A stretch of 43,216 nucleotides of DNA, from positions 1 through 43,216 of the forward strand of contig JBKOZJ010000085.1 in assembly GCA_046725875.1 (NCBI GenBank). The letters are read 5' to 3'. Position 1 is the first letter of the stretch. Each line of letters starts with the position of its first letter. The DNA comes from Actinomycetota bacterium (GTDB lineage: Bacteria; Actinomycetota; Actinomycetes; JAKEEW01). The notes below the pieces were generated by a model. That model saw only the letters and a program-made list of their open reading frames with translations. It was not told where the DNA came from and did no database searches. Positions 18,169-27,911 of this stretch are shown piece by piece. The position numbers and the translations under genes were made by a program.

Positions 18169-21132
18169 TTACGGCGGCGTCCCGTCGGACATAGGCATGT
18201 CCTGGTCGAACAACCGCAGCCGGTGAGCCGTCGGCGCCGCCTGGCCCCGGCTGGTGACGTTCAGCTTCTGCAGAATCCGCGAAACGTGCACGCTCGCCGT
18301 CTTCTCGCTGATCACCAGATCGGTCGCGATCTGGCGATTAGACCTACCTGCGCTGATCAGTTGCAGCACCTGCGCCTCGCGCGGAGTCAAGCCCAGCCGG
18401 TCCAGTGGGTGCTCGGGCCGCGCTTCGTGACCAGCTTCTGCCGCCGCGTCTTCTAGCGCCAGTCGCTCCTGCCGGGCGAGCGCCTCGATCTCCACGCGCA
18501 GCTGGCCAGCGCCGAGCCGCTTCGCGTCGCGTGCTGCGGAGGCCAACATCATCGCCGCACCTGCCCGGGCGCCGGCCCGGACCATCGCCTCGGCCGCGCA
18601 TGCGGGCGTACGAGGCGTGGTAAGGGTCGCCGGCCGTCGCCCATCGGTTCACCGCCTCGCGCCATGCGGCGGCGAGATCTGCTGGGTGCCGGTTCCGCCA
18701 TGAGCCCAGCTCCGCAGCGAATTGCGCCGCCCAGGCCCGCCAGGGTGGCGCACTGGTTGGCAGCCGGTTCGCGGTTCGTTGCAGCTCCTCGACCTGCTGC
18801 TCGTCCGTTGCCTCCCGGAAGGCAATATCCCGAAGCTGGACATACGTCTCGATGCGGGCCGCCGTGGTGACCAGCAGCCAGGCGTACGAGTCGTCGCCGC
18901 GGGCGTGATCGATGTCGAGCACCGACCGTGCTGCGACGCGGGCCTCGTCGAGGCGATCCTCCTGGAACGCGATCTCCGTACGGAGCAGAGCCAGGGGCAG
19001 CCCACCCTGTGCGTCTTGGCCACCGAGCGCTGCACGGGCGTCCGTAAGGAGCCGCTTCGCAGTCACCAGATCCCCGCGGCGGGCGGCGATGTCGCCGCGG
19101 ACCAGCAGCGGGAAGGCGGCGAACCAGCCCGGCGGATCCAGCTGCAGCGCCGAGTCGAGGAGCGCGTCCGCGTCACCCCAGCGACCTTGGGCCAGCAGAG
19201 ACAGCGCGCCGAACGCAGCGATGTGACCGCCGAGGGTGTGCGCGAGGCCGGCGTGGGCGGCGACCTTACGACCCGTGAGTGCGCTGGCGGTCGCCTCCTC
19301 GAACCTGCCCAAGGCCCAGAGTGTCGCGGTGAGGTTGAGGTCGATCCGGCAAGTCCAGCCTGATGGCCCGCCTGTTCGGCCAGCGGTCGAGCCCGCTGCA
19401 GCTCCTGGACTGCGCCCTCATGCTGGGCGAGTTGCACCAGCGTCTGCGCGAGCGTTGTCCGGGCGGCGATCTCCTTTCCAACGTCGCCGAGCTTCTCGGC
19501 TAGCTCCACCGCTTCGGCGGCCATCTTCTGCGCGTCGGCCGGAGTGCTGTCGCGGAGCAGGGCGGCGGCCAGTGCGTCGAGGACCGAGATGCGTATGTCG
19601 GAGCCCTCCGGCGCGTACTGCTCGGCCTCCTCAGCGGCGACGAGCGCGCCGTCGCGGCCGAGGTGGAGTAGCAGTCGTGTCCGCTGCTCGAGGAGGGTCG
19701 CGCGGAAGGCCGCATCGGCCCCTGGGTGCCGGTCCGCTAGTGCCTGATCAACCAACTCCAACGCGGTCTCCAGCTCGCCCGCCCGCATCGCCGCCCGCGC
19801 CGCCTGGGCCACCAGCTCCGGTCGGGCCACGTCCGCGTTGGGCACCTGCGACAACAAGTCCAGCGAGTGCATCAGCATCTGGTGCTGCTCGGCGTACGCA
19901 TGGAGCGCGCCCGCGACCGAGGCGGCGTGCAGCATCGCGGGCAGCGCCTTGGCGGGCTCCTGTGCGGCGAACCAGTGATGCGCGACCGCTGCCGCAACCT
20001 GTTCGTGGGTCAGGAGCGTGGGCTCGGTCTCCAGTGCCGTCGCATACGCCCGGTGTACTCGCATCCGTTGGCCGGGCAGCAGGCTGTCGGCCACCGCCTC
20101 CCACAGCAGCGTGTGCTGAAACGCGTACCCATCGCCGTCGGGCACCAGTATCTGCCCGTCCACTGCAGTTTCCAGCTGCTCGAGAAGGACAGGATCAGGG
20201 AGGTCCGCCGCTGCGGCGAGCAGTCGATGCGGCACTCGGCACCCAGCGACTGACGCGGTACGCACCAGGGCCTGCGTGGATCGGGGGAGCGCGTCAAGCT
20301 TGGTGATCAGTAGATCACGCAGCGTCGCTGCAAGGCGGGCCTCGCCGGCATCGAGCAGCTCCTCGACGAACAACGGGTTGCCGCCAGATCGGTCGAAGAT
20401 CGTGTTCAGCGTCGCGGGTGATGGGGGGATTCCCCCAGTCCGTACGGCGACCAGCTCCGCGGTTTCTGCACGGGACAGCGGACCCAGCTCAATCCGCGAC
20501 ACCCCGCGAATCCGCTCGAGCTCGGGAAGAAACGACCGCAGCCGATGCCCCCGTGGTATGCCATCAGAGCGGTATGTGACCACAGTCAGCAACCGGGCGT
20601 TGCGGACGGTGCGCGCGAGGATGTCCAGGAGGTTCACCGTCGACTGGTCCGCCCATTGCAGATCCTCGATCACCAGAAGCACGCGACGTTCGCTGCTCAA
20701 CCGCTCAAGCAGGGCTGGCACCACAGGCAGCAGGAGAGCCTCCCGGGTGGCAGGCGGCTGCGACGCGCCGGGCCCGTATGCCGTTCCGATCTCGGGGAGC
20801 AGGTGCGTCAGTCCGGACGGCGCCGGCAGCAGCGATGTCACCGCCTCGGCCCCGACCTTCTGCACGAGCTGGCGCAACGCAGCGATGATCGGCGCAAGCG
20901 GGAGGCCCTCCGACCCGAACGCGATACAGGCGCCGCTCATCACCAGCAGGTCATCCGAGTTGCTGGCGTCGGCGGCAAACCGCTCCACCAGCGTCGTCTT
21001 GCCGATGCCCGCCTCACCGGCGATCACTACCACCCGCGGCGTGCCCGCCGAAGCCCCCCGGAGAGCTTGATCAAGCCTGTCGCGCTCCCGCTCGCGCCCG
21101 ACCAGCGGGCGAACCGGTGGTCCGTCCGGCAT
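18169..21132 (-). CDS. Large ATP-binding LuxR-family regulator (AAA + TPR-like + HTH), two frameshifts near 19348 and 18595
   Basis: LVGRERE, GEAGIGKTT, IEDLQWAD, SGGNPLF; C-terminal LTPREAQVL...SNRQIA...SEKTASVHVS; split over three ORFs. Confidence 0.85.
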
Positions 21133-21438
21133 CCCTCAAGGATTCTCCGCGGCGAGCCCATTATCAATGTCGGCTGCGTCCCCGAATGGGAGAGCAGGGA
21201 TGGCCACCAGCATGTTCAACTCGTTGGCCTGGTCGAGCGCCACGGACGTCCTGGGTGCCGCCCGTTGTGGCGTGATCGGGATAGCGCCCACGGGTCGGGG
21301 CGGCGGTGCCCGCGCCGTGGCGGGTTGGCCCAGCCAGCTGCCAGCACGCCTACTGCGCTGCTGCCGTCCTCGGCTGAAGCGCACGGCGCGGTCGGATCTT
21401 CATTGAGCGAGGCGTGCGGCGTCGAGTAACTTGCCGAA

Positions 21439-22200
21439 ATGGACTCGCTAACGCCCCTTCCACCCGTGCGTGAGGACTGGGAGCGTGCGCTCTGCGTCGC
21501 GGCGCATCCAGATGACCTGGAATATGGAACGGCGTCCGCCGTCGCAAAATGGACGAGCCAGGGCAAACAAGTCACATACCTGATCGCCACCCGCGGCGAG
21601 GCGGGGATCGACAGCATGCACCCGGACAAAGTCCGTCCACTGCGAGAGGAGGAGGAGCGGCAGGCTTCCCTCGAGGTCGGGGTAGAGGTCGTCGAGTTCC
21701 TGGACCATCGGGACGGGGTGGTGGAGTACGGGCTACCGCTCCGCCGTGACATTACTGGGGCGATTCGACGCTACCGACCCGAAGTCGTCGTGGGAGGCGC
21801 CTTCGACATACGCATGATGGGCGGCGTGACCAACCAGGCCGACCACCGCGCCGTCGGCCTCGCCACCCTCGATGCGGCCCGGGATGCCGCCAACCGCTGG
21901 ATCTTCCCGGAGTTTGCCGACGAGGGCCTGGAGCCGTGGACCGGCGTTCGGTATGTGTGCCTCGCCGGCGCCGCGGAGCCCACCCACGGCGTCGACGTGA
22001 CCGGCTTCGTGGATCGCGGTGTTGCCTCCTTGCAGGCACATCGCGCCTATATGGAAGGGCTGGGCGACGCGGCCTTCGATCCGGCCGAGTTCCTGCCCTG
22101 GGCTGCCGCGGTCTCCGGCACCCGGTTGGGTGTCGAGGCGGCGGTCCTCTTCGACGTACACATCTTGATCCCCGAGGGCCCGCCGCCCTGGGCTCAGTAA
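21439..22200 (+). CDS. PIG-L/LmbE family deacetylase
   Basis: AHPDDLE, TRGEAG, R..E, NQADH. Confidence 0.9.
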   Translation: MDSLTPLPPVREDWERALCVAAHPDDLEYGTASAVAKWTSQGKQVTYLIATRGEAGIDSMHPDKVRPLREEEERQASLEVGVEVVEFLDHRDGVVEYGLPLRRDITGAIRRYRPEVVVGGAFDIRMMGGVTNQADHRAVGLATLDAARDAANRWIFPEFADEGLEPWTGVRYVCLAGAAEPTHGVDVTGFVDRGVASLQAHRAYMEGLGDAAFDPAEFLPWAAAVSGTRLGVEAAVLFDVHILIPEGPPPWAQ

Positions 22201-22210
22201 CCGCGGCCGC

Positions 22211-22336
22211 TCAGTAGCGCCCGCCGCCGCCGCCCCCGCCTCCGCCGGACGAGAGGACTAGCGCCACGACGATCGCCGCTATGACCAGTGCGACGATCAC
22301 CCAGATGGTCACGTTACGGGTCGTGCGAGAGGTCAT
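22211..22336 (-). CDS. 41-aa single-pass membrane microprotein with Gly9-Arg-Tyr tail
   Basis: GGAGGTGA SD before ATG; MTSRTTRNVTIWVIVALVIAAIVVALVLSSGGGGGGGGGRY*; below ORF-track cutoff. Confidence 0.7.
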   Translation of the reverse strand: MTSRTTRNVTIWVIVALVIAAIVVALVLSSGGGGGGGGGRY

Positions 22337-22487
22337 TTGGAATCACCTCCAGCGACGCCGGGTACCCCTGCAGGACCGCGGCAAGCGCGGTGACGGGTAT
22401 CCGCCGCCTGGCTGGAGGAGGTCCCACATACGCGCGTCGGCCGTTCGGTCGTGCATGCACTCGGCTTTGCCGGGTACCCCGACGTGC

Positions 22488-22760
22488 ATGAACAAGGCCC
22501 CGATCCCCGAGCAGAAGCGTGTCGTGCGGCTGGCTAACACTGGCGGGTGGGCGGTCTGCATTCCGGGAAGTCGGAAGGCTGTTGTCGTCCTCCCGAACCG
22601 ATCAGACGCCGTAGCCCGGGCGAAGCGAATTCTCTCCCAGAAGGGCGGCGGCAACGTGGAGGTCGAGGAGGACGGCAACGTCGTGAACGTACACCAGGTC
22701 CGCCCACGGCCCGGCAACGTCGGCGGTATCCCGGTCACCCGTCGCGCCTACCGCCATTAA
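22488..22760 (+). CDS. DUF2188-like protein
   Basis: GGWAV...GSRKA.......AVARAKRIL...GGGNV pattern. Confidence 0.65.
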   Translation: MNKAPIPEQKRVVRLANTGGWAVCIPGSRKAVVVLPNRSDAVARAKRILSQKGGGNVEVEEDGNVVNVHQVRPRPGNVGGIPVTRRAYRH

Positions 22761-23129
22761 CTGTCTTCAGGTTGCGCCGCCCGTCTTTGCGAGCGCGCGA
22801 ACGAGTGCGAGCGTGCTCATGGCAGCAGACGTTCCCCGGCCAGTGCCTGCTCGCGGGATCCGCGGGACGTTCGGCCCTGGGAAACCGCCCCAAATTCCGC
22901 GCTATCAACGTCTGCAGGCCGCCCGCATCTGATTCCTTGGCGGCCTTAAGAATCGGGCACGGCGCCTAGAGCCGGCCCCGTCGTAAAGAATTGCTAGCCC
23001 GACCGGCGTAACTGCTGGTACTTCCGTGACGGCTGGTGCACAATGACAGGCACGATCACCGGTCCACCGGCTGCGGCTCGCTAGTCCGCTCGGGGAAGGC
23101 GTACTCCGCGAGCGAGCCAGGAGGTATCG

Positions 23130-23624
23130 GTGACGACAAGGGGCGTGCTGTACGTCCACTCTGCGCCGTCCGCGCTGTGCCCGCATGTCGAGTGGGCCGT
23201 CGCGGGCGTTCTTGGCGTGCGTGTGAGCCTTGACTGGACCCGGCAACCGGCAGCGCCGGCGATGTGGCGGGCCGAGCTCTCCTGGCAGGACGAGCCGGGC
23301 ACGGCCTCCCGCCTCGCATCGAGCCTCCGCGGCTGGCATCACCTACGCTTCGAGGTCACCGAGGATCCTTCGGCAAGCTGTGAGGGCGAGCGGTACAGCT
23401 ACACGCCCGCGCTCGGCCTGTTCCATGCGATGACCGGTGTACACGGGGACATCGTCGTGCCGGAGGACCGGCTGCGCGCGGCCATGGCTCATGCCGACGA
23501 GAACGGCCTGGGCCTTCAGGGCGAGCTCAACAAACTCTTGGGCCGACCCTGGGACGACGAGCTCGAGCCGTTCCGTTACGCCGGCGACGGCGCCCCCGTT
23601 CGCTGGCTCCACCAGGTCGTCTGA
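23130..23624 (+). CDS. DUF3145 domain protein
   Basis: TRGVLYVHSAPSALCPHVEWA...WDDELEPFRYAGDGAPVRWLH; usual position after the fab cluster. Confidence 0.92.
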   Translation: MTTRGVLYVHSAPSALCPHVEWAVAGVLGVRVSLDWTRQPAAPAMWRAELSWQDEPGTASRLASSLRGWHHLRFEVTEDPSASCEGERYSYTPALGLFHAMTGVHGDIVVPEDRLRAAMAHADENGLGLQGELNKLLGRPWDDELEPFRYAGDGAPVRWLHQVV

Positions 23625-23707
23625 CATTGTCACCCATCCGAAGTCCGGCAGACTTGCGGCGGCTTTAGCAGAGCCGACGAATCCCAGCGGGCCGCAGTGA
23701 CGTGGCG

Positions 23708-25120
23708 TTAAAGCGGAATGTTGCCGTGTCGGCCGCGGATTTGGGGGGAATCGGCGATGGCGCGAGCGAGAGCACTCCGGGTTGCATCCGGCGCGACAAC
23801 GTCATCGACGACGCCGATGTCAATCGCCCGGGTCAACCCCCCGGCGATCTTCTGGTGCTCGTCGGCGAGCTCCTGCTCGACCAGTGCGCGCAGGTCCTCG
23901 GGAAGCTCGGCTAGCCGGCGCCGATGCAGGATGCGCACCGCCGCGACCGCCCCCATGACCGCCACCTCAGCAGTCGGCCAGGCAAAGACTCTGGTGGCGC
24001 CCAGCGATCGAGAGTTCATCGCGATGTAGGCGCCACCGTAGGCCTTGCGGGTCACCAGCGTCACGCGAGGCACCGCCGCCTCGGCGAAGGCGTGCAGCAG
24101 CTTCGCGCCGCGGCGCACGACACCGTCCCACTCCTGGCCGACACCGGGCAGGTAGCCCGGGACATCCACCACGACGACGAGCGGCACCCCGAACGAGTCG
24201 CACATGCGTACAAAGCGCGCCGCCTTCTCCGCCGACGCGGAGTCGAGGCAGCCACCGAGGCGCAGCGGGTTGTTTGCAATGATGCCAACGGTCCGGCCGC
24301 CAAGGCGGCCGAGAGTCGTGACGATGTTCGGGGCCCACTTCGGGTGCAGCTCGAGCGCTGAGCCGTCGTCTAGGATGCCCTCGACGACGGGGTGGACGTC
24401 GTAGGCACGCTTGGCCGACTCGGGGAGCAGCTCGGCTAGGTCCGTGTCCTTGACCCCGTCCACGTCGAGGGCGCCCTGGTCGCCGAGAAGCTTCGCGAGC
24501 CGGCGTGCATCGTCGTAGGCGTCCTCCGTCGAGCTAGCGACGACGTGTACGACGCCGGAGCGGCGGCCGTGCGGTTCCGGGCCGCCGAGCCGCAGCGCGT
24601 CGACGTCCTCGCCGGTCACCGACCGGACGACGTCTGGACCGGTCACGAAGACCCGGCCGTCCGGGCCTAGGATGACGACGTCAGTCAGTGCGGGGCCGTA
24701 GGCCGCGCCGCCCGCCGCCGGGCCGAGAACCACCGAGATCTGTGGGATCTTCCCGGACGCCCTGGTCATGACGGCGAAGATCTGGCCGACCGCGTCGAGG
24801 CTCGCCACGCCCTCGCGAAGCCGTGCGCCGCCGGAGTGCCAGAGACCGATTACTGGTGCGCCGTCCCCGAGCGCCCGCTCGTACGCGGTGAGGATGACGC
24901 GGCAGCCGTCTCTACCCATCGCGCCGCCCTGCACGCGAGCGTCGGATACGAAGGCGACAACCGGCGCGCCCTCGATCCGGCCGGTCGCCGCGAGCATTCC
25001 ACTGTCGTCTTGCGGGGTGATGAGCTGGATACTGCCGGCGTCCAGCAGCTGCGCAAGCCTCGACATCGGGTCGCGTGGATCAATGGTTGATTCGGCTGGT
25101 CGCTCGTCGACGGCGGTCAC
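23708..25120 (-). CDS. accD: Acyl-CoA carboxylase carboxyltransferase subunit (AccD6-like)
   Basis: SGGARLREG, AAGGAAYGPALTD, DVPGYLPG, RKAYGGAY, HGNIPL. Confidence 0.93.
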   Translation of the reverse strand: MTAVDERPAESTIDPRDPMSRLAQLLDAGSIQLITPQDDSGMLAATGRIEGAPVVAFVSDARVQGGAMGRDGCRVILTAYERALGDGAPVIGLWHSGGARLREGVASLDAVGQIFAVMTRASGKIPQISVVLGPAAGGAAYGPALTDVVILGPDGRVFVTGPDVVRSVTGEDVDALRLGGPEPHGRRSGVVHVVASSTEDAYDDARRLAKLLGDQGALDVDGVKDTDLAELLPESAKRAYDVHPVVEGILDDGSALELHPKWAPNIVTTLGRLGGRTVGIIANNPLRLGGCLDSASAEKAARFVRMCDSFGVPLVVVVDVPGYLPGVGQEWDGVVRRGAKLLHAFAEAAVPRVTLVTRKAYGGAYIAMNSRSLGATRVFAWPTAEVAVMGAVAAVRILHRRRLAELPEDLRALVEQELADEHQKIAGGLTRAIDIGVVDDVVAPDATRSALARAIADSPQIRGRHGNIPL

Positions 25121-25176
25121 CGTGGTCCTCCTACTCGTCGGCGGTGGGCAGCGGGGTGGTTGTGGAAGGGATCGGG

Positions 25177-26511
25177 TCAGTCGCCGGCGGCCCGGGTGAA
25201 CGCCAGCGCGACATTGTGACCGCCGAAGCCGAAGGAGTTGTTCAGCGCAGCGATCTGGCCGGCCGCCAGCGTCCGCGGCTCACGGCGGACGACGTCGAGC
25301 CTGACCTCGTCGTCGGGATCGTCCAGGTTCGCGGTCGGCGGGGCGGCCCGGTGGTAGAGCGCGAGGATCGTCGCAATCGACTCGACCGCGCCCGCTCCAC
25401 CGAGTAGGTGACCGGTCATCGACTTCGTCGCCGAGACCGCCACGTGATCTGTGTCGTCACCGAGCACCGCCCGGATGGCCTGCGCCTCGGCAATGTCACC
25501 CTGCGGCGTGGACGTGGCGTGGGCGTTCAGGTGTACAACCTGCTCGGGCCGCACGCCGCCGTCCTCGAGGGCAAACCGCATTGCGCGGGCCGCCCCAACA
25601 CCGACCGGATCTGGCTGGGCGATGTGGTGTGCGTCCGCTGTCAACCCGGCACCGGCGAGCATGCCGTAAATCCGCGCGCCCCGGCGAGCCGCGTGCTCCG
25701 CGGATTCCAGGATGACGATTCCCGCGCCCTCGCCAAGCACGAAGCCGTCCCTGGCCTTGTCGTACGGGCGCGATGCCCGCTCCGGCTCCTCGTTGCGCTT
25801 CGAGAGCGCCATCATGTTCGCGAACGCGGCCAACGGCAGCGGGTGGATCGCCGCCTCGGTACCGCCCGCGAGCACGACGTCGGCTCGCCCGGCGCGGATC
25901 ATCTGCAGCCCCCACGCCAGCGCCTCCGCGCCGGAAGCACACGCGGAGACCGGCGTGTGGACCCCGGCCCGAGCGCCGATCTCGAGGCTCAAAAACGCGG
26001 CCGGACTGTTCGGCATGAGCATCGGGATCGCATGGGGGGAGACCCGGCGCGGTCCCTTCTCCTTGAGCGCGTCGTAGTTGGCCAGCAGCGTCGTCACGCC
26101 GCCGATGCCAGAGGCGACGACGACGGCGAGCCGGTCCGGGTCCACCTCGAACTTCCCTGGTGGCCGACCCGCTTGGACCGCCCCGTCCGGGTCGCTCGCG
26201 TCCCCCCTTCTAGCGGCGTAGCCGGCGTCCCGCCACGCCTCCCGAGCTGCGATCATCGAGTGCTGGGCCGACCGGTCGAGGCGGCGTGCCTCGACCCGGT
26301 CGAGCACGTCTTCGGGGTCGACAGCGACCTTGCCGGCTATCCGGACCGGCAGCTCCTCGGCCCACGGCTCCGTCAACGCCGCGATACCAGAGCGGCCGGC
26401 GAGCAGGGCCGACCATGTGGATGCCACGTCACCGCCCACCGGCGTGGTCGCGCCGAGGCCGGTGACGACGACGTCTCTGCCCGACGATCTCGTGGTGTCA
26501 GAGACTGTCAT
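25177..26511 (-). CDS. fabF: Beta-ketoacyl-ACP synthase II
   Basis: SACASG, HATST, GHLLG, NSFGFGGHN. Confidence 0.96.
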   Translation of the reverse strand: MTVSDTTRSSGRDVVVTGLGATTPVGGDVASTWSALLAGRSGIAALTEPWAEELPVRIAGKVAVDPEDVLDRVEARRLDRSAQHSMIAAREAWRDAGYAARRGDASDPDGAVQAGRPPGKFEVDPDRLAVVVASGIGGVTTLLANYDALKEKGPRRVSPHAIPMLMPNSPAAFLSLEIGARAGVHTPVSACASGAEALAWGLQMIRAGRADVVLAGGTEAAIHPLPLAAFANMMALSKRNEEPERASRPYDKARDGFVLGEGAGIVILESAEHAARRGARIYGMLAGAGLTADAHHIAQPDPVGVGAARAMRFALEDGGVRPEQVVHLNAHATSTPQGDIAEAQAIRAVLGDDTDHVAVSATKSMTGHLLGGAGAVESIATILALYHRAAPPTANLDDPDDEVRLDVVRREPRTLAAGQIAALNNSFGFGGHNVALAFTRAAGD

Positions 26512-26559
26512 GAGGGACTATTCCTCTCCTTGCCAGATAAGTGAGACCGGGACGAGGGG

Positions 26560-26805
26560 TCAGGTGTTCTTCTGGATGTAGCCGACCGCATCGCCCACGG
26601 TCTTGAGGTTCTTCACGTCGTCGTCGGGGATCTTGACGCCGAACTTCTCCTCGGCGGCCACCACGACCTCGACCATCGACAGCGAGTCCACGTCGAGGTC
26701 GTCGATGAAGGACTTGTCGGGCTGAACATCCCCGACGGGGACGCCGGCAACCTCGTGGACGATCTGCGCCAGACCGCTCGTGATCTCCTGTTCGCTCTGT
26801 GCCAT
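26560..26805 (-). CDS. acpP: Acyl carrier protein
   Basis: DDLDVDSLSMVE phosphopantetheine site; start MAQSEQ. Confidence 0.96.
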   Translation of the reverse strand: MAQSEQEITSGLAQIVHEVAGVPVGDVQPDKSFIDDLDVDSLSMVEVVVAAEEKFGVKIPDDDVKNLKTVGDAVGYIQKNT

Positions 26806-26873
26806 TGCCTGGTTCTCCTTGCTTGTGGGGGTGGGTTCGGCGCACTTGGTTGTACGCCGCGGGTGGTCACGAT

Positions 26874-27911
26874 TTATGGAAGGGTGACGACCTGGGCGGC
26901 ATAGACCAGGCCGGCGCCGAAGCCGATGATCAGTGCGAGGCCGCCGCTCTTGATCTCTCCGGACGCGAGCATGCGCTCCATGGCGAGCGGGATCGATGCG
27001 GCTGACGTGTTGCCCTGGTCGGCGATGTCCCGCGCTACAGGTACGTGCGGCGGCAGCTTCAGCGCTTTGATCATGGCATCGGTGATTCGCATGTTGGCCT
27101 GGTGCGGGATGAATGCGTCCAGGTCCTCCGCCCGTACGCCCGCGAGGTCGAGCGCCCGCTTGGCGACCTGCGCGCCGTCCCAAACGGCCCACCGAAAGAC
27201 CTGGTTGCCAGCCATCCGAAGGTGGGGCCATTCGGCCGGCGTCGCTGCTTCCTCCCCGGGATTGTCAGCTTTATCCCGATGAAGCGCCTCGGCCCAGCTT
27301 TCGTCCTGGGTGATGAGGTCGGCCTTCGAGCCATCCGCGCCCCAGGAGACCGGGCCGATGGCGGGCTCGTTCGACGGACCAACCACGGCCGCTCCGGCAC
27401 CGTCGGCGAACAAGAACGCTGTCGACCGGTCGAAGCTGTCAGTCATGTCCGAAAGCCGCTCGACGCCGATGACGAGGACGTACGCCGCAGTCCCGGTCCG
27501 CACCATCCCCTGCGCAAGCTCGATGCCGTAGCTGAAGCCAGCGCAGGCGGCCGATATGTCAAAGGCGCCGGCTCGGCTTGCTCCGAGCTCGTGGGCCACC
27601 ATCGGCGCTGCCGCGGGTGTCTGGTAGAGATGGGTGACCGTCGAGATGAGCACGCAGCCGAGCTGGTCGGCGGTGATCCCAGCATTTGCGAGCGCCTTGC
27701 CGGCCGCCGCGACGGACATCGCATGGACCGTCTCGTCCGGGCCGGCCCACCGACGGGTCACGATGCCCGACCGCGTCCTGATCCACTCGTCAGATGAGTC
27801 GATGTACTGGCAGATCTCTTCGTTGGTGACGATCCGCCGCGGACGATAGCCACCGATGCCGAGGATCCGCGCATGCGGAGCACCCGTCGACGGGCGGATG
27901 GTTGCGGTCAT
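26874..27911 (-). CDS. fabH: Beta-ketoacyl-ACP synthase III
   Basis: AACAGF, HQAN, GNTSAAS, GFGAG. Confidence 0.96.
   Translation of the reverse strand: MTATIRPSTGAPHARILGIGGYRPRRIVTNEEICQYIDSSDEWIRTRSGIVTRRWAGPDETVHAMSVAAAGKALANAGITADQLGCVLISTVTHLYQTPAAAPMVAHELGASRAGAFDISAACAGFSYGIELAQGMVRTGTAAYVLVIGVERLSDMTDSFDRSTAFLFADGAGAAVVGPSNEPAIGPVSWGADGSKADLITQDESWAEALHRDKADNPGEEAATPAEWPHLRMAGNQVFRWAVWDGAQVAKRALDLAGVRAEDLDAFIPHQANMRITDAMIKALKLPPHVPVARDIADQGNTSAASIPLAMERMLASGEIKSGGLALIIGFGAGLVYAAQVVTLP

Noticed and set aside
26560..27231. 223-aa extended ACP
   Set aside because: Upstream part is off-frame fabH sequence; real start at 26805 follows an AGGAG SD
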